From Octopus vulgaris (Eukaryota): DNA of 64,000 nt. The stretch covers positions 42,222,001 through 42,286,000 of the forward strand of contig OX597825.1 of NCBI GenBank assembly GCA_951406725.2. Direction: 5' to 3'. The notes beneath the pieces were generated by a model. The model made no database searches. It had not been told where the DNA came from and saw only the letters and a list, made by a program, of their open reading frames with translations. Positions 36,960 to 48,905 of this stretch are shown here, one piece after another. The stretch's first letter is position 1, and the number at the start of each line of letters is the position of its first letter. The position numbers and the translations under genes are program-made.

Positions 36960-37164
36960 TTAAATTATGTCATTATAAGAGAAAAAAAATTTTTTAAAAA
37001 AATTTTCTAATATTCTTCAGACATATTGACGCAAATATATATATTTTTTAACATTTAAGCCTTCTGTAGTTTTTTCACTCTTTACTATTTTCTATATATA
37101 TACATATATATATATATACTAGCAGAGATACCCAATATTGCTTGGGGTTAAAATGTCATAGTCT

Positions 37165-37345
37165 TTTATTATTTTACTTGTTTCAATCATGTGACTGCAG
37201 TGATGCTGGAGCACAGAATTTAGTCGAAAATATCTGCCCCAGGATTTATTCTTTGTGAACGTAGTACTTATTCTATCAGTGTGTTTTGCCAACATCTGTT
37301 GTCGAGTGATGGTGGAGGTACAAACACAGACACACACTCACACAC
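37165..37345 (-). mobile_element. SINE 3' half
   Basis: ttttacttgtttcaatcatgtgactgcag..agtacttattctatc..acaaacacagacacac. Confidence 0.75.
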
Positions 37346-37361
37346 AGATACACAGACACAC

Positions 37362-37413
<52 letters not shown>

Positions 37414-37439
37414 ATGTATGTATGTATATATATATTTTT

Positions 37440-37604
37440 TTCTCTTTTAACTCTTTTACTTGTTTCAGTCATTTGACTCTGGCCATTCTTATTGTTTGTA
37501 AGCCTAGTACTTATTTTATAAGTCTCTTTTGACGAACCGCTAAGTTATAGGGGCGTAAACACACCAGCATCGGTTGTCAAGCGATGTTAGGGGGACAAAC
37601 ACAG

Positions 37605-37648
<44 letters not shown>

Positions 37649-37805
37649 GATGGGCTTCTTTCAGTTTCCATCTACCAAATCCACTCACAAGGCTTTGGTC
37701 GGCCCAAGGCTATAGTAGAAGACACTTGCCCAAGGTGCCACGCAGTGGGAAAGAACCCGGAATCATGTGGTTGGTAAGCAAGCTACTTTCCACAGAGCCA
37801 CTCCT

Positions 37806-37810
<5 letters not shown>
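37440..37810 (-). mobile_element. Full-length tRNA-derived SINE with internal (TA)n
   Basis: Minus strand gcgcaggagtggctctgtgg..ccgggttctttcccactgcgtggcaccttgggcaagtg; CpG-rich, so a relatively young copy. Confidence 0.88.
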
Positions 37811-37836
<26 letters not shown>

Positions 37837-37839
37837 ACA

Positions 37840-38889
37840 AAAAGAAAACAAAAATAGGAACAAGAACTTAACAGGCGACAAAAAAACATCTGAACAGTTA
37901 GACAATACAAACAAGGAGAGGTAAAAACAACGACGGGTCATTCGGAGCTTCCTATCCTCAGTTGAATTCCCGATTGTCTTTGCAATTTCAGCCGATTACA
38001 CACGAGACTGTTCCAATCTGGCCAGCCCCAAGAAAATCTAAGCTAAGCACACTAGACTTCTTGGAAGAAAGGAAGCTAATGTATATAAAAACAGAAAAAT
38101 GGTACACAATTACAAATACAAACAGCAGGACATTAACAAAAGGTGTCTTTTGACTAAGAGCGAATTATATTTAGCTGGCATGTGTGGAAGTGACGCCTTA
38201 TGGCAGGAGTATAAGAGATGAAAATCATGAGAAGGAAGAGATGCTACAGAGATGGTTGTCGAACCAAGAAAGAAAGGTCAGGTTTGGCAGAACATTGGTC
38301 ACACGGATGGAGAGGAGAGAAGTAGAGGGCAGAGGGATTGAAGAATTAGGGAGGGATGAGAACAAGAGAAAAAGAAAGAAAATGGACAGAGTGAGGTAAA
38401 AGAGGAGGGAAAGTGAGAATGAAGGGAAGGCCAAGAAATGTGAGATGGGGGGCAAAGAAAAGAAAGTGGAAAGAAAAAAGAAGGGGGCTAAAAGAAAGAG
38501 TTACCACACACACCAGCTTCATTTGGTTTGTCCTTAATCAAAAGACACCTGTTGTTAATGTCCTGTTTATATTTGTAATTGTGTACCATTTCTTCATTTT
38601 TTCATCCTTGTTTTCATAAACATTCTCTTGCTTTCTCTCGTGCTCTAGTGCTCTTAGCACTAGTGGACTCTAGGACTCTAGTGCCCTTAGCTTAGATTTT
38701 CTAAGGGCCAGCCAGATTGGAGCAGTCTCGAGTGTAATCAGCCAAAACTGCAACAATGATCTGGAACTTGACTGAGGATAGGAAGCTTCGAATGACTCAT
38801 CCTTGTTTTCTACTCTCTGTTTTTGTATTGTCTAACTGTCTGGATGTTTTGTTGTCACTTGTTACGTTCTTGTTCCGATTTCTGTTTTC

Positions 38890-38893
<4 letters not shown>
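37840..38893. repeat. Large imperfect inverted repeat (~350-bp arms, 37840-38190 and 38500-38893) flanked by (TA)n on both sides
   Basis: tcattcggagcttcctatcctcagt / actgaggataggaagcttcgaatga; aatggtacacaattacaaata / tatttgtaattgtgtaccatt. Confidence 0.85.
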
Positions 38894-38963
<70 letters not shown>

Positions 38964-39014
38964 CATACATATATATACACACATATATAGATATGTATAT
39001 ACATACAAATATAT

Positions 39015-39056
<42 letters not shown>

Positions 39057-39059
<3 letters not shown>

Positions 39060-39790
39060 TCTTCAGCAGGATTTTGTGATCCATTCTGTCAAGTGCCTTG
39101 CTGAAATCAAGGTATATGACATCAGTGTTGAAGCCTTCTCCCAAAGCTTCTAAGATGTCATTAAAATAGTGCAGAAGCTGCAACAGGCAGTCCCTGCCAT
39201 CATGGAAATCATGCTGGTTGGGGTTCAGCACATTGTTATTTTTTGAAGAAGTGAGTTATTCACAGTCTCACCACCCTCTCAAATATTTTAATGATATGAG
39301 AAGTGAGTGAAATCAGATGGTAGTTCACTGCAAGAGGTTTGTTTTCCTTTTTGAAGAATGGAACGAGAGACTGGGAAAGAAAACGATTAGGTATGTAGCC
39401 TGCATCAGGTGAGTTTCTCCAAAGCTCAGCTAGAGGGAGTGCAACTTGATGTTGACACATCTTCAGGACAGTGGCCGGGAACTTATTGGAATTAACTGCC
39501 AAGCTGTGCTTGATCTTATTCATTTCTGTTAGTCTATCAGGAGCATCAAAAGTTATGTTAGATATGGTTAGTTGAGGGTTTGCATCACTGATGCTAACCA
39601 GATCAACCGCATTAGCATTAATGGAAACAAAGCAGTATTGTCTCTGCAATATCTCGCACATGGATTTTGCATCATCATGTAGGGTGTTCTTCTCCTCAAC
39701 CAGGGGACCAACAATGGAAACAGCATCTTTGTTTTTTCGCTGTTTTGCAAATGAAAAGAACACTTTGAGATTGTTTTGTTTTCTCAATAT
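39057..39790 (-). mobile_element. CR1-like LINE RT fragment between (TA)n tracts
   Basis: [60 protein letters not shown]. Confidence 0.85.
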
Positions 39791-39804
39791 ACATACATAC
39801 ATAT

Positions 39805-40515
39805 ATAAATTTATATAAATAAGGATAAGATCGTTAATTTAAATATCGATCTTATCAAGTGGCTAGCATGGGAATAAAAACCTTCAAAGGTAATAATTAT
39901 TATTAAAATTATAATTTCGGGTATCTAAGAGATACCTCAACGCTGGAAATAGTAGCCAAAATTTGACTCTAAAACCACATTAAATGTTCATACAGCACCA
40001 GGAGAGAAGACAAAAAGGACAAAATAAATTAACAAAAAATTACTGGATAATTCCAGATCCTGAATTTCTGACTTTGCATAAGAAATGCTTAGCCTCGTCA
40101 GTGGAATATACACAGATAGTAACATAAATACACATATATATATACATATAACATACAAATACTTACATATACGAACATATACATATGCAAGTGTGCACAT
40201 GACCAGTTTAAATTGCCTGCCTATAACTCCTCATGTGATATGGTTAAAACATCACCGCAGTAAATACAATGACGAAATGAATCTAAAAATTTATATAAAT
40301 AAGGATAAAATCGTTAATTTAAATATCGACCTTATCAAGTGGCTAGCATGGGGATGAAAACCTTCAAAGGTAATAATTATTATTAAAATTATAATTTAGG
40401 GTACCTAAGAAATACCTCCAAATAGCAGCCAAAACTTGACTCTAAAGCCACATTAAATGTTCATACAGCACCAGGAGAAAAGACAAAAAGGACAAAATAA
40501 ACTAGCAAAAAAATT
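39805..40515 (-). mobile_element. Hammerhead-bearing repeat (39805-40130) plus a partial direct copy (40288-40515)
   Basis: aaatttatataaataaggataa..cttatcaagtggctagcatggga..catacagcaccaggaga occurs twice. Confidence 0.8.
40050..40107 (-). ncRNA. Type I hammerhead ribozyme motif with canonical CUGACGA core and extended stem II
   Basis: attcca-CTGACGA-ggct-aa-gcat(ttctt)atgc-aa-agtc-a-GAAA-ttcagga-TC-tggaat. Confidence 0.8.
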
Positions 40516-40531
40516 ATATATATATATATAT

Positions 40532-40744
40532 AAAGACAAAGACGAGTGTGTAAACAACAAACAGATGTATCAGTTTAACGGTCGGGAAGTGAGAAAATCT
40601 TTTACATTTCAAGCCTATACTCTCCAACAGAAATAAATAAGGAGAGAAAATAGAAAAAAGTATAGTGGCTAGCGATCTATCCTGGCAAATGCCGGACATA
40701 TACATATATGTATATACGTATATTTGCATATATATATATGTGTA

Positions 40745-40792
<48 letters not shown>

Positions 40793-40793
40793 T

Positions 40794-40825
<32 letters not shown>

Positions 40826-41021
40826 GCAAATATACATACATACATACATGTATATGTCCGGCATTTGCCAGGATAAATCGCTAGCCACTATACTTGTTTC
40901 TATTTTCTCTCCTTATTTATTTCTGTTGGAGAGTATAGGCTTGAAATGTAAAAGATTTTCTCACTTCCCGACCGTTAAACTAATACTTCTATTTGTTGTT
41001 TACACACTTGTCTTTGTCTTT
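40532..41021. repeat. ~490-bp near-perfect palindrome centred on a (TA)-rich tract
   Basis: Arms 40532-40705 and 40848-41021; mirrored ORFs 40514-40888(-) and 40665-41054(+) both begin [13 protein letters not shown]. Confidence 0.95.
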
Positions 41022-41044
41022 TGTTTTTTTTATAAATTATCACT

Positions 41045-41233
41045 AAATATGTAAATATATACTTATATACATGTGTATATATAAATATACATGTGTATAT
41101 ATAAATATACTTGTATATATATATGTATATATAAATACACATAAGTATATATACGTATATATGTATATAAATATATATACATATAGACATATATATATGC
41201 ATACACACACATATCTGTATATATATATGTGTG

Positions 41234-41265
<32 letters not shown>

Positions 41266-41382
41266 TATATGTATATGTGTATATACATATATATATGCAT
41301 ATATACATATATACATGTATATATATGCATATATATGTACATATACATACATATATAAGTATGTATACATATTTTTTTTATG

Positions 41383-41439
<57 letters not shown>

Positions 41440-41440
41440 A
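41045..41440. repeat. Degenerate (TA)/(TG) microsatellite
   Basis: Direct reading. Confidence 0.95.
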
Positions 41441-41520
41441 ACAAAGTAAAGTTGTAAGGTACCACATGAGTGGAAATATATATGAAAGAAGGTTTGAAAA
41501 TGCAATTTTTAAGATGTTTA

Positions 41521-41568
41521 TTCGCTTGACCGGTTTCACTTTTTTAGAATAAGATTGTCAAAAGTAAA
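41521..41568 (-). ncRNA. Minimal hammerhead motif, U3-A8 variant, in a decayed PLE 3' end (~41460-42080)
   Basis: tttactt-TTGACAA-tctt(attctaaaa)aagt-GAAA-ccgg-TC-aagcgaa; upstream GIY-YIG-like LIYFILKSPWNGSLYVA. Confidence 0.6.
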
Positions 41569-42189
41569 ATGTAGAGCTTTGTCAAAGCTTTGTTGTGTTA
41601 AGTACTGGTTATCACAAAAGTATTAAAATACAGATATACATTTTTTGATAATAAGAAAATGTTAAAAACTGTTTACAAGAAAGTATTTTAGAAAGTAATC
41701 AGAACGGGAGTCCAAAATGTATTTTGAGTTCAATAAAAATATTGTTTGCTTGGTAGTATACATATATATATATATATACACACACACAGAAGGAGATATA
41801 TTTAAGAATTTACAAAAAGTTGTAGAAGAATAACTGACCTGTATTTCTGACATTTTGTCTTGTGTGTTGCTACATATAAGGATCCATTCCAGGGCGATTT
41901 TAAAATAAAATATATTAAATATATATAAGGATACCTTCCAGGAGCCCTATTATCGATTTTTTTCAACAATCTGAGTATGCCATGAGGCTTCCACACATGA
42001 GTTCTACTCGTGTGTCAAGTTTAATCAGAAGTGATAAAGCAATATAGGAGGTGTTAGCTAACAACTCCACAAACACACCTACAGACAGAATTTCCCACAT
42101 ATGTAGTAGATATCCACACACACATATATATACACATATATATACACATATAATATATATATATATATACACACGCATATATATATGTG

Positions 42190-42390
42190 ATAGATCGTTA
42201 GCTCCTACATGTATTTTTTTCTCTCCTTGTTTCTCTCCTTTTTTCTGTGTATCTGTCTGTCGGAGAGCGTAGGCTCGAAACATAAAAGACTTTTTCTATT
42301 TCTATTCCTGAGCGCTATACTAATACATTTGTTTGTTTGTACGCCACCTGCCTTCATCTTTTGTTTATTTTCGTAAACTTTCCCGTTATT
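42190..42390 (+). mobile_element. Short (TA)n-associated repeat with a hammerhead-like motif, same family as the 40.5-41.0 kb arms
   Basis: tctgt-CTGTCGGA-gagc(gtag)gctc-GAAA-ca-TA-aaaga at 42252-42289. Confidence 0.65.
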
Positions 42391-42539
42391 TATACATATA
42401 CTCTTATAGCAGTTAACTATAACACTACTGCACTAGTCAGTGGGGATGACACCTTCTTGAATAACCTGATTAACTATAGAAGTGTCTTGGCTGTATCCTA
42501 CTCCTACAGGTACTTTAAATATCTCACCAGTGATTCCTG

Positions 42540-43320
42540 ATAGTCCATGAGGTTTCCATGTCTTCACATCTTTAATTGTCTTATATTTCATACTGCTTTA
42601 AAGTTTGATGGCTGGTCCCTTAGTTGATTCAGTATTTGAAAGACTCTCTGCATTTCTCACGCTTAGCAACCATGCATCTTTCTTCTCTGAATCACTAAGT
42701 ACAAGTATAACACTATTAGTTTGCAAACATTTCTCACCTGCCACATCTTTATTCTCTCTGATACACTACTTTGCAATCTAGAACACCTCACACCTCTGAT
42801 CCATACACTGTAAAACGATGGAAAATCTCTTCCTGCTTTTTGTTTCACTATTTAAATCTCCCATTTAGCTTCCCTTCAAGCTACCTGATAAAATTCTCTG
42901 CTACCACCTTTTTCCAAGTCTTTCTAGGCTTGTCTTTTTGTTTTAATACTAGGGTCTACCTCCTTGTTCCACCACCATGTCACCTTCAGCCTAGGTGGGA
43001 TTTTGCCCCAGCCATAGACTTGATTTGTAGCCTTCACTAAGTTGTTCCACAAGAACTTCCAATTGTCCTCTAAGTGATACGTCTCCAACTCCTCTTCCTC
43101 AAAAGCTTCCATCACAATCTCTCTATATTTCTGCTGGCTTGCTGGGTCTTTGAGCTTCCATAACCTCCTTTTCTAGACTGGTTAATTTCTCTAAGTCCTA
43201 ACTTTAATTCTGAAGTCACTAACCAGTGAGGCTGTAATTAAACTGGCCTTTGATGGGTGATCATGTAGAAGTCTGATTTCCTGAAATTACTGTTGCAAAT
43301 CATCAGATCATTTGCATCAC
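42540..43320 (-). mobile_element. Older RTE LINE relic related to 25719-28518
   Basis: EDNWKFLWNNLVKATNQVYGWGKIPPRLKVTWWWNKEVD versus EGSWKFLRDSLLSATDQVCGWCKVPSRPRVTWWWNSAVD. Confidence 0.85.
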
Positions 43321-43364
43321 AGCCTTGTTATACACACACACACATACACATATGTATGTATGTT

Positions 43365-43395
<31 letters not shown>

Positions 43396-43898
43396 GTGTG
43401 TGTATATGTATATATATATGTATGTATGTATTATGTATGTATTTATGGTTGGATACTGATGAGGTGAAAATCACAATTGCATAATTTTTCTATTATTGTT
43501 ATGTAATTATTTCAACACTTTGCTAAAATGAACACACATAAACAGTAATTAAACATAATGCACTTGCATCCTATTGTAAGATGCACGTTCACAAGGGCAA
43601 ATTTATCCACATGCACACAAACATGCAAAAGCCTTACCAATTTGTTAGTAACTGACTTGGAGTCTGCAAAGGTAAAAACCTTCAAATAATCCCTAAGAAA
43701 CATAAATGATGGAGTGCAGTATAAGTGCTGTTTGTAAACCTTCACTCACTAAATGTTGGTCAACAAAAGGCTTCAGTGAAGGCACTTACTCAATGTGTCA
43801 TATAGTGGGATTGAACCTGAAATCACAAGACTGCTAAGTAATGTTCTTATCTGCATCATTGTTCCTATATGTATATACATATCTTTGACTTGTAAGTA

Positions 43899-44209
43899 CA
43901 CCTTCTCCTTGACTTACAAGTGAGTTCCATTCTGACTGATAGGTTGTAAGTTGACTTGGTTATATGTCAGATTTATATTTTTCAGCACTATTTTCATTCA
44001 AACATAACTGGCGCTTAAAAGTGATTTAGTGAGATAAAGTGGTAGGCAGTGGATGCTTGGGTCTCAGGGAGGTCTGCATTGTCAGATGCTGCCATAGTTA
44101 TCATATGCACAGCTGCCCAACGTCCAAAAGTCGATTTATTTATTTATTTTTTGTAGTTGTAAGTACAGATGGTTGTAAGTTGCATAAGTCATAAGTCAAG
44201 AAAAAAGTG
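43899..44209. mobile_element. Tc1/mariner (Tigger-like) MITE with TA TSD
   Basis: ta|caccttctccttgactta ... taagtcaagaaaaaagtg|ta; internal ttgtaagt repeats. Confidence 0.65.
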
Positions 44210-45168
44210 TATATGTTTCTTAAACAGTTTTACACCCACCCATACACTGTGATGTATCATATTTACTTAATGATTCACTCTCCCTTTTTTAGCAAATGCA
44301 ATATTGTTTGTATATCCCTGATGAAGTCTAATAAAACTGAAAAAAATCTGGAGGTGTTTCTTGAATTTGCCAGAATAATGGAAAATCTGTTAGTTATTTT
44401 AACTTATATAGCATTTTACCACTTTCATATCTATTTATAATTACCATATTTAATGCTTACTGCAATAAATGTGATAAATCTTGTTTCATGTAGATGACAT
44501 CTCTGACTAATTTCTCTCAGAAATTCATTGTCTAAAACTTTACAGATGACTATCAGCAATTGTAGGCTCCCACAACTATATATATGTAATACTGCTGTTT
44601 GTCTCTAACTATTGTACATGTGGTGTACTGCACAATGCTTGTACTTAACATGTAGTCTCCCATTGTAAAACAAATTACTGAATTGTTAATCATGCAAATT
44701 TGATAATTATAGCACTCAAATACTTACATACACACATACACTCATTTATAGAAATGTAGCACACACACACATGCAGGCATATAACCACACATGCATATTC
44801 ACAAAGCTTTAGAAATGCAGCCATTCTTTACAGCCTTTTAAAATATACCAACTATACTTGTCAAGTAAAATGCCTTCTAGTGTAGCTGTTCATGATATAA
44901 TAGGTTTTCACTGTGTCTAAACCCAATTTATATTTGACTGTCAGCTAAAATATATGACCAACTAAAAATACATAAAAATACATAGTAAAAAAATCCTGAA
45001 TTAGTTCGTTTGGTCCACAATCATAGCAAATGATTTATGGTTTTCCAATATGGCAGGAACCATGAAGCCATACTTGCATGCTTCAAACTTTTCTGTCTCT
45101 TCTGCATATGTTCAGGAAGCAATATAAATATAAACAAATACTATACAGGGCTAGGAGACATTTCATAA

Positions 45169-45204
<36 letters not shown>

Positions 45205-45230
45205 ATATATACATATATATACACACATAC

Positions 45231-45284
<54 letters not shown>

Positions 45285-45300
45285 GTGTGTATGTATGTGC

Positions 45301-45340
<40 letters not shown>

Positions 45341-45944
45341 GTATATATTTAAGCCAATATGCTTCTAGACTTTTCTTCCCATGACTGTCACTGTGTGACA
45401 AGAAGAACTCTATAATGTGAGTTCCTGTTTTTGTTTTTCTTTGTTAATTAGCCTAGGTGCCTAGCAATATTCTTAACACTGAGAAAAAGAACATGTGACG
45501 TCCATGCCTTTCCTATGAACATTAGCAACATAAGTCACTAAAGCAGATAATATATATATATAAAAAATTCTCTTTATAAATTACTTAAATAATAAGTAAA
45601 ATATTTCACGATAGACAGTATTGCTAAAAGTTGTGTTGCACTGAACATCTATGAATACAAAAATATTGGCTGATTCAGTTATAAATGGAGCAAAGCTAAG
45701 TTGTAGGTGGAGAAATTTTTTGCTGTAGATCTATTTTTTTTATATATATTTGGGTTTTAAGAAAATAATTGATTATTTATCGGAATTGTAAATGAATTGA
45801 TGGTAATAATAGACAGCAGAATTGGTAAAGCACCAGACAAAATGTATAACAGTTTTTTGCTGCATAATGTTATAATGAGCCCAAATTCTCTTGAAATTGT
45901 TTCTGGTTGTTTTTACAGTGTGGTGGATAAAACTAGTCATGCTT

Positions 45945-46220
45945 CAACTGTTGTCAAGTGGTGGTGAGGGACAAACACACACACACACCTTCTAAAATCA
46001 TACCTTGGGCTCTTTAAAAATAGCTCATTAGAGATTATATGGTGTATGATATATATGATGGGCTTCTTTCAGTTTATATCCACCAAATTTACTCAAAAGG
46101 TTTTGTTTGGAATGAGACTATAATACAAAACACATGCCCTAGGCACCATGCAGTGAGACTGAACCCAGAAACATGTGGTTGGGAAGCAAATTTCTTACCA
46201 CACAGCCCTGCCTGCACTTA
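45945..46220 (-). mobile_element. tRNA-derived SINE
   Basis: gatgggcttctttcagttt..ccatgcagtgagactgaacccagaaacatgtggttgggaagc..ccacacagcc. Confidence 0.8.
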
Positions 46221-46711
46221 CCTTGATATATAGATTTTCTCCATGCTATAGTGTGAGGAGGAAAAGCATCATCCAAGACTCTTTTTAGAACTCTGTGACA
46301 GGTATGAGGAACAGCAAAGTTATTATCAAATTAAAGAGCTGGGCTGAAGACTTGCACCAGAGTCAGTGTTGCTAAACAGTACTCAAGGGCAAAGTGGTAG
46401 TGTTAAACTAAGTGGTGAATTGAGTCAGCTATTAAATTTAGTGAATGAAATGCTCCTGAAAGATTTATTTGGAGAAATTAAATTTTTCTCATGCTTGCAG
46501 TTGACTGTGGTATACAGAAAGTGAAAGAAGTCAGTCATATATATATATATGATAGTATTTTATAAGCTTAAAACTTATAGCAATCACCATGCAATGACTA
46601 AGGAAAGTAGTCATTGGGCAGTGATTGCTATAAGCTTTAAGCTTATAAAATACTATTATCATTATTTACAGAAATGTAAGACTCAACACTGCTTAAAACC
46701 ATTTGCATATA

Positions 46712-46824
46712 CAGTAGTACCTCAGTTTACGAAGGCCTCTTATCATAAATAAATCATACTTTATTTATATATGTGTGTGTGTGCATGATTTATTCATGAT
46801 CAGAGGTGTTCAAAACTACTACTG
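46712..46824. mobile_element. Small Tigger/pogo-like MITE with TA TSD
   Basis: ta|cagtagta ... ctactactg|ta; internal tcataaataaatcat/atgatttattcatga palindrome. Confidence 0.65.
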
Positions 46825-47197
46825 TACATTTATATATTTATATATATAAGCAAATAATTCATAAGAAAAAATAATTCACAGGAAAATAATTTACAAAGAC
46901 ATCATTGACTCAATTATTATCTAGTCTAACAATTTAAAAATGATAACTGAATCAATAATATAGGCGATTGCATGCAAGCCCCCAAAGAAAGCATTGAATA
47001 GCTGAAGGATCACAATTAATCAAAATATATGCTAAGTATGTCTACCTGCTGAAAATAACAGTCAAAACATATTTAAATTGCCAAAATGCACTGATAGTAA
47101 CTACAGAAATCAACTGTCCAAAGGCAAACGGGTTAAGACAATCTCTCAGCATACATGCAAATATTTGGACTCACATGGATTGGTTTCTGGACTGATA

Positions 47198-47199
<2 letters not shown>

Positions 47200-47229
<30 letters not shown>

Positions 47230-47435
47230 AGTCTGTGTGTCTTTGTTTCTGTGTCTGTCCCCCATCACTGCTAGACAATTGGTACTGGTGTGTTTAGGTT
47301 CCTATAACTTTGAGGCTCAGTAAAAGAGATCAATAGAAAAAGGACCAGACTTAACAAAATTAAATACTGGGGTTGATCCATTTGACTAAAGATTCTGCAT
47401 GGCTGCAGTCTAATGACTGAAACAAGTAAAAAGAT
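47200..47435 (+). mobile_element. SINE 3' half after (TG)n
   Basis: Same 3' domain as 12335-12600. Confidence 0.8.
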
Positions 47436-48659
47436 ACATGATCATTTCCTATACTTAAAATTTACACTATACATTTTTAATTACCCAATTGCAGTGAGCA
47501 GTGTTGTACAGTGACTCATCAAAGATACAGTTGTTATTGTCGTTGCTAAGTCCCAGATCAACCCTGCTTGAATGGATCGTTTACATGATATTTGGTGGAG
47601 GTGGCAGTAGCAGCAGTGTGGGGATCATGGTGGTGGTGAAGATGATGTTGATGATGATGAAGACAATGATGACGAAGATGACAACCACGACAACAATGAC
47701 AATGATGATGATGACCTTGATGATATTGTTTAGCCCCAGGTCAGATCAGAATAAAACAGATCTATGACTGAAGTTCTTTTCCATTCTTTAAGTATATGCA
47801 TTATCCAGTGGCCATGCAGAGGTTGCCTACAAGCTCAGTGTTTAAAGTATTTAGAGATATTTGCCTCAATGGTTGAAAACTGTGTTTTAGGGTGCGTTTC
47901 ATATTCTGAGTAAACTTTATAATTATCACATTTAAAGAATATTATTATCATCAGCTAAATTGAAAGTATTACAGTTTCTTATAGTATAGCATTTATCATT
48001 TATATATATGACAAAATCAGGTAGTTTATGAAATGCTATGAGAGAGCAATATATATACATTACAATCAGAAAGAGTTTCCATTGAGAATATTTATGCTTA
48101 TAGACTGACATTCAGTGTAGAGAGAGAAGCTCAAGATAGGCATTATCATTACAGAGCCTTAAAGTTTGAATAAGGATTCCCTTTAAACATTCTAAATTAG
48201 TTTACTTAGGTGTAATCACAATGAAACGCTAGTGATGAATGTATGTGGTATTATACACACACACACACATGCGTACATACATCATATATACTTAATATAT
48301 ATAGGTATATATGTGTGTGTATTATGTATGTATATATATATATATGTATATATATATGAATATATATATACACTTTATAGATGCATATATACATTACACA
48401 CACACACACATATATATACATATATATGTGTGTGTATATAGGCATATGTATATGTATATGTGTGTGTGCCTGTGTATATATCTGTGTGTTTATTTGTATA
48501 CATACATACATTCATTCATATCTGGATTTGACATTTGAAACAATAGATAATTCATTGACCTTTATATCTCTAATAAATTATTTTTGATTTCAGAGGAACA
48601 ACAAAGTATCAATCAATGGTGGAAAATCAGCAAACAAACATCCAAACTTTATGCAAACA

Positions 48660-48789
48660 TTATTATTGTTGTTGTTGTTGTTGTAGTTGTTGTTGTTGTT
48701 GTTGTTGTTATTGTTGTTGTTATTAATATTACTATTATTATTACTATTATTATTATTATTTTTATTATCATTATCATTATTATCATCAA

Positions 48790-48879
<90 letters not shown>

Positions 48880-48905
48880 TATTATTATCATCATCATTGT
48901 TATTA
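48660..48905. repeat. Compound (GTT)/(ATT)/(ATC) trinucleotide microsatellite
   Basis: Direct reading; source of the poly-V/I/M ORFs. Confidence 0.95.

Larger units (their letters stand above)
33064..37099 (+). mobile_element. Near full-length Neptune-type Penelope-like retroelement inserted in (TA)n
   Basis: Upstream ORF, RT, CxxxxCxxC linker (CGRSNCATC), GIY-YIG endonuclease and 3' hammerhead motif; ~52-bp identical terminal direct repeat (33064-33115 and 37048-37099). Confidence 0.95.

Noticed and set aside
43450-43485. CTGATGAG-gtga/tcac hairpin next to (TA)n
   Set aside because: GAAA and the cleavage triplet are missing after stem II; too degenerate to call.
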